Shown here in pieces: positions 1-11,116 of a DNA stretch of 47,292 nt. Positions within the stretch are counted from its first letter, which is position 1. Every line of letters begins with the position of its first letter. Location: positions 1,245,184-1,292,475 of the forward strand of contig NW_005201392.1 of NCBI RefSeq assembly GCF_000372725.1. The letters are read 5' to 3'. A model generated the notes under the pieces. That model was not told where the DNA came from and did not search any database. It was given only the letters and a program-made list of their open reading frames with translations. Source of the stretch: Emiliania huxleyi CCMP1516 (Eukaryota). A program made the position numbers and the translations under genes.

Positions 1-1330
1 AGCCGAGAGACAGTCGAGAGATGCAGCCGAGAGACGGCCGCCCTCCTGCAGCTTGAAGACGTGTATGGTGCCGTGGTCCGAGCCGACGAGCAGCCAGCTC
101 GAGTCGGCGTGGAAGTTCATGCACTGTTCACAGCTGCAGGTGTGAAGAGACGCCGTTCACAGCTCCGGAGGGACCACGCCGGTGTACTTGGATGGCGGCG
201 GGCTCGGCGCCACGTCGCAGCTCCATCAGCCGCTGCCCCGAGCGGGTGTCCCAGACCCGCACCAGCGTGCCTATGCGGGACGTGTCGCGGACGTGTCCGA
301 GACCGGAAGGGGACGCGTGCCCGCACCCCCCGCGCCAGCGTGCCTCGCTCCGACGCCGTGGCGAGCCGCGTCCCGTCCGGGTTGAGGGCGATGCAGGAGA
401 GCGAGGCCTATGATGTTACACCAGAGTGTGTGATGTCGCATTGCATACGAGCTGAGGGCGATGCAGGAGAGCGACGCCTCGTGCGCGGAGATGAGGGTCG
501 TGCGAGTGATGTCGAAGAGCTCGGCGCGCACGTGACCCTTTTGCAGCCCGCAGCAGGCGATGACGCACGCGCGCGAGTCCGCGCAGAGCGAGCAGAGCCC
601 GCGCGGGTTCGAGATTGTCTCAATCGTGTGCAGCAGGTTCAGGTCTGCAAAGATGTGCACGGAGGTATAGCCGAGGTGAGGTATAGCCGAGGTGCAGCCG
701 AGATATGGTCGCCCTCCTGCAAAGTTGTACACGTAGATCCGGTACTCGAGGACAACCACGACTCGCTCGCGGCTCATGCGGACCGCCTTGACCTCCGACC
801 GGAAGGAGAGCTCGCCTAGAGAAGCCAGGGCTCGGGATCGAGTCCGCCTCCGCCTCCTTGACCCCCCACACCAGGCACGGCTCGCCGATGCAGCGGTTTT
901 GGTGGTCGTCCCAGATCATGACCTTGTTGGGCGGGTAGCGCGGGTTGCGGCCGCCGCCGACGAGGGCGAGGATGTTGCAGCGGAAGAGCATCTCGACGAT
1001 CCCAATCCCGCCGTTGGTAAAGTCTGCGGCACGACCGGCCAGCTCACGTCGCGCGTGCGGCTCCGGTGTGTGTGGATCCGAGGAGGAACGCGTGAGGCGG
1101 ATAACTGTGAGGCGCGCACCTCTGCGGTAGGTCTGTCGGAAGGGGTCGCAGTTGAAGATGCGGAAGCCCGAGTCCGTCCCGCACGCGAAGCAGCCATTGT
1201 CCTGGTTGAAGCCGACGTATAGCACTGCGGGGCCGCAGCAAGCGTCAGGCAAGCACATGGGCGGCAACACGGGCGCGCGCGGTGGCGGCGGCTCACATTC
1301 GGAACACTGTTGAGAGTCGAGGCGCAGCAT
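1..1330 (-). CDS. ATG18: ATG18/WIPI3-like phosphoinositide-binding WD40 protein, multi-exon, 3' end beyond the window
   Basis: Spliced translation [40 protein letters not shown]...[56 protein letters not shown]...[31 protein letters not shown]...ELRRG...HGTIHVFKL carries the PROPPIN motifs. Introns inferred at 1225-1296, 1024-1119, 645-716, 408-477 and others. Confidence 0.95.
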
Positions 1331-1484
1331 TGTTTTGCGAACAACGTCGCTGACGGCCGGTGAATTGGGAATACCCCCGTCCGCTGTCTGCTGCTCGGAG
1401 CGCAACCGGCCAAGCTGAGCGGGCGGGCCTTGTTGGGCGATCAGAAAACAAATGCAGTCGGCCAGCCGCCCTCGCTTTTGCAAA

Positions 1485-2104
1485 GCGCCTGTTCACGGCA
1501 TGGAGGGTGAGCCACACCGAACGTACCGAGCGAAGGGCCGAGCGGAAGGAGGACGGGGAAGATGACTCGGAGGAGGACGAACCAGTGGAAATTCAGTTGT
1601 CAGATGTCACGATGCACCCGAAGGGGACCCCAGCGCCGGCATCATCCGTAGAGGCACGAGTGTTCGAAGAGAGAGTGGACCTGAGCAACAACATGACGTG
1701 TAGGCAAATGATCGGAGTGGGAGTCAGAAATGTGGTCCTTGCGCGAGGGGAGCTTGATAGACTCGAGGGGCCAGGATACGCCGCGAGGAGGACGGAGTTG
1801 CGCAAGGCGAAAGAAGCCGCGAGAACAAGGGACCGGCAGGCGGCGGCGTCGCAGGACGAGGCAGAAGAGAACGACGCGACAGAGGAGGAAGTGACAAGGG
1901 AGAGACCGACGAGAGTGGGACGGCCGCGAGGTGGCATGAAGGTTGCAGCGAGAAGCGGCGAGAGACTGCGAAAAGAGATACGAAGAGGCAGACTCCCCAG
2001 GGTGGGCGACGGCTAGCGCACCACACACCTCTCCTTAAAATCCCTGTGTGGTGGCGGCGTGCCGTTCTCCCATCCCTCCCTTGGGTTGTGTGTTTTCTTT
2101 CTTT
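1485..2104 (+). mobile_element. 5'-truncated non-LTR retrotransposon 3' end with (TTTC)n tail
   Basis: An Arg-rich ORF end (stop 2016) is followed by a 3' UTR shared with 3843-3919 and 23589-23618. Flanked by direct repeat cttttgcaaa (1475-1484 / 2105-2114). Confidence 0.75.
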
Positions 2105-2469
2105 CTTTTGCAAAATCCTGCAAAGGTGGGGAGTCTGTCCTCGACCCAGCCTTGAAGTCCGTTTTATTTATTTATTCTCCCGGCCGGCGCGCGCGGGGGC
2201 GGCGGGTGTGTGGGATGTCTGTGGGGGCCCGAGAGCGATGCATGTGTGTGTCCGTGTGTCCGCCTTGCGCTTGTTTCATAAGCGCGAAGGCTAGCTCAAA
2301 AACAAATTCTCTTCCGTAGTGTACCTGTGTTATTGCCAGTGCGTGCCAGTCCCGTGCCCAGTGTCGTGCGAGGGAGCTGCGTGGTAAAATTCTTGTCCTG
2401 CTCGGATTTTTTGCGAAACTCGTCCGTCCGCTCGTAGCTGCAACCCGCCTGTGCAACGCGGACGGCACA

Positions 2470-3739
2470 ATGGCAGCCAAGCCCCACGCTCCGCGGCTGC
2501 CCTCGGGCGATGTTCTCATCGGCAGGGGCGACCGTGTCGTCTCGGTCGCGTTCGTCAAGATCCACGTCTACGCGCTTGGTCTCTATGTCGAGAGCGCAGG
2601 ATGCCGTGCGGCCCTCCTGCCAAGGTTCGCGGGGCAGAGCCACGACGAGCTGCTCGCCGTCGGGCCCGAGTTTTTCGCCCAATTTGTGGGCGGCTCCTTC
2701 AAGAAGACGTTCCGGCTCGTCTTTTGCCGCGCCCTCCCCAAAAACAAGCTCGTCAAGGGGTTCGAGGATGCCTTCAAATCCCGGTGCGACGCAGAGCACA
2801 AGGCCGACGCAGATCGGGTGCTGGACGCGCTCGTGCCTGACATCGGCGTGGCAGAGGACGACGTGCTGACGATACAGCTCGAGGCAGATACCAAGACGCT
2901 CTCCATCTCCTTCCACTCGGCGGCCACGCAGGCCGAGGACAATCGGCTGACCATGGAGAGCGGTGGCGAGGGTGGATGCTGGACGGCCTTCCAGAGGATT
3001 TTCTTTGACGATGATACCCCAGTCCCCACCATCCGCCACGGCGCCATCGCAGATCTCCCCGACGTGCTCGCCGGCGAGGGCAACACGGCGGGCGAATCAC
3101 GCGGCGCGCTCACGCGGCAGCCCACCGCAATGCAGATTGAGGCGGCCGTCGATCGGGGGCTCTCGCACGTGCAGCGGAAGCAAATGACCTGGAGCGAGTT
3201 TGCAGGCCGTGACGACGGAGGTTCGGGGTATCGCTTTGGCGAGCACGAGATGGCCTTCTCGCCGTCATGTCAGGGACGCGTCCATGACACGTCCGCTCGC
3301 ATGTCTCGTAGGCGACATCACCCGAGGCCTGCTTCTACAGCTGCAAAAGGGCAAATCGCCAGGCGACAAGAAGTCGCCCCTCAGGTCCCCCAAGTGGGGT
3401 GGCGGCGGTGGCAGCGGAGGTGCGGCCGTGACCAGTGCGGAGCTGCAGCTAAAGAACCGCGAGCTGGCTCAAAACATCGCAGTGCTCGAGGCTGAGAAGG
3501 ACAAGCTAGTCAAGAACCTGAGCCGAGAGGCCTCGGAGCGGGCGCGCGTGCTCCCGGTGCTGGTTGTGGCGCTGTTCCTCCTGGTTGAGCTCGTGTGCGG
3601 CGTTCTCGGCTCCGATCCGGCCGCACGCTGGGAGGCGGCCATGAGGCATTCGCTGCTCGCGGCCGGCGCAGCCGCGCTGCCAAAGTTGATAGATCGCGTC
3701 ATTCTCGTAGGGGAGCACGCGAAGACGAAGTCAGAGTAA
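2470..3739 (+). CDS. Chalcone-isomerase-fold (fatty-acid-binding type) protein with C-terminal coiled coil and transmembrane segment
   Basis: The motif VVSVAFVKIHVYALGLYVE...FQRIFFDDDTPVPTIR resembles the CHI fold. A GC-AG intron at ~3239-3311 joins GYRFG to DITRGLL. The last exon contains the hydrophobic stretch VLPVLVVALFLLVELVCGVL. Confidence 0.75.
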
Positions 3740-3842
3740 GGTGGTACGGAAATCAGGGGGGGGGGGGGGAGGAGTTGGAGCACTAGCTCTAAGGAGTGTG
3801 GACCAGCTGTGGAAAGTACACGCACGCACCAGCCGCTATTTA

Positions 3843-3919
3843 GAAAGAAAGAAAGAAAACGGACAACCCAAGGGAGGGATGGGAGGACGGCACGCCGCCA
3901 CCACACAGGGATTTTAAAG
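3843..3919 (-). mobile_element. 77-bp 5'-truncated copy of the (TTTC)n-tailed non-LTR element
   Basis: Reverse complement of ~2035-2107. 12-bp TSD agccgctattta at 3831-3842 and 3920-3931. Confidence 0.85.
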
Positions 3920-4020
3920 AGCCGCTATTTAAAGCACGATAAAATTCTTTTTCATGCCGCGCGTTTTGGGAGGGGAATCGATTGAGCGCGCCGCGTGCAG
4001 CCGGGCACGGAGTTGAAACC

Positions 4021-4959
4021 ATGGCCGCGGCTCGCCTTATGCCGCACCTCGGCGCCTCCTACGGCGCACCTCCGGAGGAGAAGAACGGCTACGCGCCCCA
4101 GTGGGTGCGCGACATCGAGTATGGCCTCACAGGGAGCCGGTGGTGCGGCATCGGCAACCCGCCGTCCGTTTGGTCGGGCGAGTGCGTCGTCGACGCCCAG
4201 GACGGCGCATGCAGGCGGCACGACCTGTGTGGGGTGGTGGAGAAGCTGCCTCCGCCGATGGTCGGGCTCGCTCTGGCGTGCGCGTGCGACCGCGACCTCT
4301 ACGTGAACTCGCCGTCGCATGTCGTGCAGGCGCTCTACGGCGAGAGCTCAGGCTGGCCGTGCGTGGACTGTGTGTTCGAGCACGGGCCCGACCAGCCCTG
4401 CACGAAGACATTCAAGTTCAGCAAAAAGTACGACAGCGTGTACGAGGGCTGGCAGGGGTGACCGAGCCTCCACCCCGCGGCTGCTGCCAAGCCTCCCGTC
4501 GACTCCGGTTCGCGCCCCGCCAGGCTGTACAAGGTCGACTCCCTGGACGGCTGCCCGCTCAACAACCTGACCTGCAACACTTGCACTCCACCTCCGCCCA
4601 GGCCGGCGCCGCCGCCCTCGCCGCCCATCGCGCCCTCCAGCTGGTTCTCGCCGTTCGAGCGCATCCCTGGAGGGTCGCTTGGCCGCTGGGCGGCCATCCT
4701 CCCGTCGCCTCGCTATTCCTTCCACCACCCCGGCTCGCGCGGCGTCGTCGCCCTTGCCGACGGCTCGTCGCTCGAAGGGGAAGCCGCGCCGCCGTCGTGG
4801 CTGCCGTCGCTCGTGAACGCTGGAGCGCTCCCCGCGACTCGGAGCTTGCGAGGAGACTCTGCCGCTGCTGCCGCCGCCGCCGCCGCCGTCGGCGGCGTTT
4901 TTCTCGCCGTCGCGTTGCTCCTGCGGAAGCGGCAATGGACCGCAAATGAACTGCTTTGA
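4021..4959 (+). CDS. Secreted-type phospholipase A2-like protein with Pro-rich stalk and C-terminal transmembrane anchor
   Basis: RWCGIG (Ca-loop-like), DAQDGACRRHDLC (catalytic HD) and ACACDRDL. A GT-AG intron at ~4458-4523 removes the apparent stop. Exon 2 ends VGGVFLAVALLLRKRQWTANELL*. Confidence 0.75.
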
Positions 4960-5157
4960 TCTCCTCCACGCTGCGCGGGCTTCACCAGCTTTTGCGCGCT
5001 ATAACCTATATGTGTCGACACATTAGAGTAGGTCACAGCTGTGTGCCAATCTTTCGCATATTCATATCCTGCGGAGCAGGTGTACGTGCATTTGTTTATG
5101 ACCGCGCAAGACAAAGGGTGGCTAAGGGCTCTGCCCGCAAGGCGCCCGCGTCGCCGA

Positions 5158-5642
5158 CTTAGGGGACCCCTAGGCTTAAAAGGGTGGGCCCTGGGGCGCC
5201 TGCGGCTTAAACGGCTTAAAACTTGCCATGGCAAGTTTTAAGAGCTGCTGGGCCGCCAATTCCTTAAACGGTCTTAAACGCTTAAACGGTGCGGGAGAGC
5301 TCCCGAGGTCGATGGTCCGGGAGGCTCCCGGTAGACGCCGGAGGCCGGGAAGCTGGCTACAGTCAGCTGGCACGCGTCCCCTATGCGAGTATGGCTCCTG
5401 CCAGTGCACCAGACTTACAGATGTGTCTTCAGAGGCGGGTTTGTGCCTAATAACGGCAGTATTGGAGAAAACGGCGCGGAACCCAGCGACGCGTGCCGGC
5501 GAGGCCGATTTTCTTAAACGGTCTTAAAAGAGGGACCCCCCGTGCCTGCAATCTCTTAAATGGCAAGTTAAGCCCCCAAACCTCCTCGTTTCTTAAAAGG
5601 TCTTAAAAAATCCGGCCCTCAGAACCCTAGGGGTCCCCTAAG
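5158..5642. mobile_element. MITE with 17-bp perfect TIRs and an 8-bp TSD
   Basis: TIR cttaggggacccctagg / cctaggggtcccctaag. TSD gtcgccga at 5150-5157 and 5643-5650. Many internal cttaaa motifs. Confidence 0.9.
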
Positions 5643-6261
5643 GTCGCCGACGCGGCGGTACCAGGTTTGACAATTGACTAATCCCGCAATACACACACCC
5701 CCACACGAGACGACCAAATAGCGAAAATCCGAATACCGTGCAAAAACCACGGAATCTCGGACGAAGAACGTCGGGGCAAGTTTGGCAAACGCTAAACATG
5801 GGCGATCCGGCGCTTCCTTCGATTGGACGGACGAAATGGTCGCGGAAAGCGGGACCCGGCATCGCGACATCGCGGGTTCACCATATGCCGAGCCTGCTCG
5901 GCCTGCCATGCGCGCGCGCGCCTCGCCCGAGCGCAGCCACCTGCGGACCTGGCCAGCCTGTTCCTGGCTCGTGCCCAGCCTCTCCTTCCGCTGCCGCCGG
6001 CCTCGCAGTCCCGCCAGCCATCACGCTGCAGAGCCTGCGTAGACGCCACAGACGCCAATTCTGCAACCCACAGCCCCGGCAACTGAGGGCGAGGGCCAGC
6101 AGTATACGACGACGATGACATCTCACACCCCGCGCTGGCCAGCGCCATCAGCCCCTCTCACGGCCCGGCCCAACCTCCCTTCGCTAGCGCCGTCGCCTCC
6201 AGCGCCTCCAATCAAGTCGCACCTCTCTTCTTCAGCGAATGCAGCGGCAGCACCACGTCAT

Positions 6262-6583
6262 CAGAGGCCGGGCGGACTGGCGGACCTGCATGCCCAGCCA
6301 TGCCCCCCACTCCCCACCCGCTTGGATCGATCAGCTGACAGCTCCACCAGCTCCCACCAACCACCGCGTGGCGTGTCATGGAAGCAGGATAGACAGACAT
6401 AGAAAGCATGAACCATCGAAATGTCTGATCTCCAAAAAGAGCTGTCGGCCTGCCGCGCGCGCCCGCGCCCCGCCCCTTTTGCGCAGCAAAACCTTAAACT
6501 TCATGGCCCTCCAAATTCGGGTCGGAGCGTAGCGGAGTGGGACCCGAGTTTGAAAAAGGCGACGGACGCTTGCGTCCTAGCCT
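6262..6583 (+). repeat. Dispersed repeat family A, copy 1
   Basis: Near-identical to 21941-22260; its 3' part matches 37448-37565. Confidence 0.85.
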
Positions 6584-6844
6584 AGGCATTCCTCGAAGAG
6601 CTCCCCTCCGTCTATGTTCCACTTCCACTTGAACGCCGCCCCGGCCTCGTCCTCCTCGGCCCCGCTCTCCGTCGCCGAGGCCCTGACAGCAACGCGATGG
6701 CCCAATGCGCCGATGCGCTCGGCTCTCCATGCTCTGTGCCTCACNNNNNNNNNNNNNNNNNNNNNNNNNNNNNNNNNNNNNNNNNNNNNNNNNNNNNNNN
6801 NNNNNNNNNNNNNNNNNNNNNNNNNNNNNNNNNNNNNNNNNNNN

Positions 6845-7850
6845 GAAGAACGGCTACGCGCCCCAGTGGGTGCGCGACATCGAGTATGGCCTCACAGGGA
6901 GCCGGTGGTGCGGCATCGGCAACCCGCCGTCCGTTTGGTCGGGCGAGTGCGTCGTCGACGCCCAGGACGGCGCATGCAGGCGGCACGACCTGTGTGGGGT
7001 GGTGGAGAAGCTGCCTCCGCCGATGGTCGGGCTCGCTCTGGCGTGCGCGTGCGACCGCGACCTCTACGTGAACTCGCCGTCGCATGTCGTGCAGGCGCTC
7101 TACGGCGAGAGCTCAGGCTGGCCGTGCGTGGACTGTGTGTTCGAGCACGGGCCCGACCAGCCCTGCACGAAGACATTCAAGTTCAGCAAAAAGTACGACA
7201 GCGTGTACGAGGGCTGGCAGGGGTGACCGAGCCTCCACCCCGCGGCTGCTGCCAAGCCTCCCGTCGACTCCGGTTCGCGCCCCGCCAGGCTGTACAAGGT
7301 CGACTCCCTGGACGGCTGCCCGCTCAACAACCTGACCTGCAACACTTGCACTCCACCTCCGCCCAGGCCGGCGCCGCCGCCCTCGCCGCCCATCGCGCCC
7401 TCCAGCTGGTTCTCGCCGTTCGAGCGCATCCCTGGAGGGTCGCTTGGCCGCTGGGCGGCCATCCTCCCGTCGCCTCGCTATTCCTTCCACCACCCCGGCT
7501 CGCGCGGCGTCGTCGCCCTTGCCGACGGCTCGTCGCTCGAAGGGGAAGCCGCGCCGCCGTCGTGGCTGCCGTCGCTCGTGAACGCTGGAGCGCTCCCCGC
7601 GACTCGGAGCTTGCGAGGAGACTCTGCCGCTGCTGCCGCCGCCGCCGCCGCCGTCGGCGGCGTTTTTCTCGCCGTCGCGTTGCTCCTGCGGAAGCGGCAA
7701 TGGACCGCAAATGAACTGCTTTGATCTCCTCCACGCTGCGCGGGCTTCACCAGCTTTTGCGCGCTATAACCTATATGTGTCGACACATTAGAGTAGGTCA
7801 CAGCTGTGTGCCAATCTTTCGCATATTCATATCCTGCGGAGCAGGTGTAC
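6845..7850 (+). repeat. Identical copy of 4080-5085 (PLA2-like gene) between two N gaps; probable assembly redundancy
   Basis: Translations in all frames match 4080-5085 at offset 2765. Bounded by N gaps on both sides. Confidence 0.85.
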
Positions 7851-7950
7851 NNNNNNNNNNNNNNNNNNNNNNNNNNNNNNNNNNNNNNNNNNNNNNNNNN
7901 NNNNNNNNNNNNNNNNNNNNNNNNNNNNNNNNNNNNNNNNNNNNNNNNNN

Positions 7951-8420
7951 CGGGTCACGCCCGGAAAAGGTCGGGGCGGTTGACGGCCGCCGGCGACCTA
8001 GCACGGCGCTGCACGCCGCCGAGACGCCGCCGAGAGCCGCCGCCGGCTGCGTCGCGACCGCCGCCGCGCGGCTCGCGGCGGTGGACCCAGCATCTCCGCT
8101 CGGCGCCGCCTATATACTCGACCGAGACTCGGGTCACGGCCGGGAGAGCGACGGGGCTGGTAGACGGCCGCCGGCGACCTAGCACGGCGCTGCACGCCGC
8201 CGAGACGCCGCCGAGAGCCGCGACAGCCCCTGTCGAAACCGCCGCCGCGCGGCTCGCGGCGGTGGACCCAGCATCTCCGCTCGGCGCCGCCTATATACTC
8301 GACCGAGACTCGGGTCACGGCCGGGAGAGCGACGGGGCTGGTAGACGGCCGCCGGCGACCTAGCACGGCGCTACACGCCGCAGAGACGTCGCCGAGAGCC
8401 GGCGCCGGCTGCGTCGCGAC
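7951..8420. repeat. 181-bp tandem satellite, about 2.5 units visible next to a gap
   Basis: The unit start cgggtcac occurs at 7951, 8130 and 8311. Confidence 0.9.
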
Positions 8421-9173
8421 AACTGAGTCCGCGCGCCACGCGCGGGCGAGGGGAGCGGCGACGGGTCGGCGGGCGACGAGCCGCAGCAGCTGCGCCTAAA
8501 AATGAGGTGGCGGCGGGAATAAAGCGTCATCTGCCGTGCGGGGAAGCGATCGCCGCCCTCGAGCGCGCCGCGCCTCATTTTACACCCAGTCCGTCCGAAC
8601 CAACGCGACAGCTCGGTGCGCGCGCCGTGCTCGCGCGGCGGTGAGGGGGGTGGCGATGTGGGCGGTGCCGGCGGCGAGCCGCAGCAGCGCAACGGCAACG
8701 AGAGCGCCGGAGAGGAGGCGCTCAAGAAGTGGCGCATCTCAATAGCGCTGCACCACGGCGGAGACTTTGGCAGAGTGGACATCGCACTCGGCAGCCTACT
8801 CGAGCTCGGTGCTGCACGCCGCTGCTGTCTCGAGCGAGGCTGAGCGCCCAATGAGCAATGTCGACCAGCCGCCTGAGGGGAGGGGTGGGATGCGAGAGGT
8901 CGGGGTGGAGGGCAGGTGGCGGCCGCTGGGTCGGGGGAGGGTGGGCGACGCGGTCTCGGGCGGCAGACGGCGCCACGAGGGCGCTCCGGAAGGCTGGAGC
9001 GCCGGGGGCCCCAGCCCTCCGGAAACTGTGGCCTCGCCACTCCGGAAAACGCGGATTTGGGGGAAAAGTCTCTATACACACCTGGAGGTAGCCCGCTCCC
9101 GTCGCACTTCCGTCGCCGTGTGTAGAGCTCAGCAGGACTCGCTCCACTAGCCAAGCCGCTGCCACCGCGAACG

Positions 9174-10742
9174 ATGTCACCGCCACGCGTGGCCGTCATC
9201 GGGGGTGGCGTCGCTGCTTGCTCTCTCGCGCACGGACTGCGCGACAGCCTCGCCTCCAGGGCGGTGTCCCTCCACGTCTTTGAGATGGGCAGAGCGTCGG
9301 GAGGTCGAGCGGCGACGCGCGGAACGCGAGACGACCCCGGCCTTCGAGTCGACCACGGCGTTCCCGCCTTCGCCGCGCTGACGCCTGAGTTCGGCGCCCT
9401 CTGCGAGAGCCTCGTGGCCGCCGACGTGCTGCGACGCTGCGACGGCGACGGCTCAGCCTTCGGCGTGCTGCGGAGCTCCGGCACTTTTGAGGCGGAGGAC
9501 GCGGCCGGTGCCCCGACGAGGTATCGGCCACCGGTCGGCAAGGGCATGAACGCTCTCTGCGACGGCCTGCTCGGTGGCGAGTCCACGCTCGCCAACTTCA
9601 CGCCCAGCACGATGGTGACGAAGGTCGAGCCGGTCGCAGCACAGTGGAGGCTGACCTCGAAGGGCGGCGTCGACCTGGGTACTTTCGACTGGCTCGTCGT
9701 CTCCTCGACGGGCCTCGCGCACCCTCGCTGGCGCACCACCTTTGGCGGAGAGCCTCCCCTCGTCGAGGCTGCCGCGGCTCTCGGCGACACTGCGCTCGAC
9801 GCAACCCTCGCCGCCCTCGTCCCGCTGCAGTCCAAGCCCGTCACGGCCGCCGCGCCCTCCGCGCTGCGCCGAAGCGGCGACGCGCCCCTCTCTCCGAGCC
9901 TGCTCGCCGCCTCCCTCATAGGCTGCGATGCTTGCATACGGCTCCGACGCGGCGGCCGCGTGGGCGTCGCTCCCCTTCTTCAAGGCGCAGGTGGAGGCGC
10001 TACCTCGGCGCTCTCTCGGCGCTCTCTCGGCGCTCTCTCGGCGATCACTCGGCGCTCTCTCGGCGATCTCTCGGCGACATCTGTCGCCGACATCCCCCCT
10101 TCTTCGAGGCGCAGGTGGAGGCGGACCCCGTCCTCTCTCGCATCGTCGTCCAGCGCGTCAGCCAAAGCCTGACCGCCGTGGTGCTGCACTCCATCCACGA
10201 GCTAGCCACATCTCGGGCACATCTCGGGAGATCTCGGCTGTATCTCGGGCACAGGTGCTGCACTCCACCCACGAGTTTGCCCGCTCGGCGGCGCACGTGT
10301 ACGGCGCAACCTCGACCGCCGCGCGCATCGCCGGGGCAAAGTCGGACGCGGGCGAGGAGGCGCGCCGGAGGGCGGAGGGCAAGCATCTGCCGTCAACGCG
10401 CGGCCTCTCACACCGGCAGCGTGCGCCCTCGCGTAGGGACGCATCCTCGACGCGATGCTGGTCGCGGCGGAGAAGCGGCTGGGTGGCCTGCTCGGTCCTG
10501 CGGCGGCGATGCGCAGCCCGGCCTGGGGCCCGCACCTGCACCGCTGGGGGGCGGCCTTCCCGGACGCGCCCCTCCTGCCCGAGGGTCGGGCCGTGGTCCC
10601 GAGCGCGCGGGTCGCCTTCTGCGGCGACTTCGTGGAGGGCGGCGAGGGGCGAGGGGGCAGCGTCGAGGGCGCGGCGCTGAGCGGGCTGCGCCTGGCGAAG
10701 GCGCTGCAGCGCGAGATCGGGGGACTGTGCGGCGCGGATTGA
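9174..10742 (+). CDS. Renalase-like FAD/NAD(P)-dependent oxidoreductase, multi-exon
   Basis: VAVIGGGVAA (GxGxxA), FEMGRASGGRAATR, DHGVPAF, HRWGAAFP, FCGDFV and SVEGAALSG. Introns at ~9846-9920, 9991-10114, 10181-10254 and ~10360-10436. Confidence 0.9.
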
Positions 10743-11116
10743 TGACGACTCTGGTGCCTTTGATCTCATCGTTGCAGCCAGCGTTTGGCGCATATGGCGG
10801 CGCCCTGTCTTCTCCTGCATGTGCATGTGCATGTAGCATATCTGAGCATGTGTGCACATGTACATCAATCATCATGTTCGATGTTGTTGTGTGTGCATGT
10901 GCATGCCAAATGCAAAAAATAGGAGGAAGTGCACAGACTACACGACACAAACGCCCACGCAGAGGCCCCCTGCATCAAGGAGGGGGGGCGAGGGGCATCT
11001 GGCGACCCTTGCCACATTCTCTTCATTATGTGCAAAACTTTTAATTTACGAAAGAGCCGCGTACATTCGGCACTTGGGACAGATAGAGATCTTGCGCTCT
11101 GTGCGTCTTGCAGTCC

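Noticed and set aside
2035..3919. Composite transposon with inverted ends carrying the CHI gene
   Set aside because: Each repeat has its own TSD and tail, so these are two independent retro-insertions.
6845..7850. Tandem duplication of the PLA2 gene
   Set aside because: The copy appears identical and is bounded by N gaps on both sides, so assembly redundancy is more likely.
8360..9937. 525-aa minus-strand ORF and many similar long ORFs
   Set aside because: These are antisense shadows of GC-rich genes or repeats, with Arg/Ala/Pro-biased composition and no motifs.
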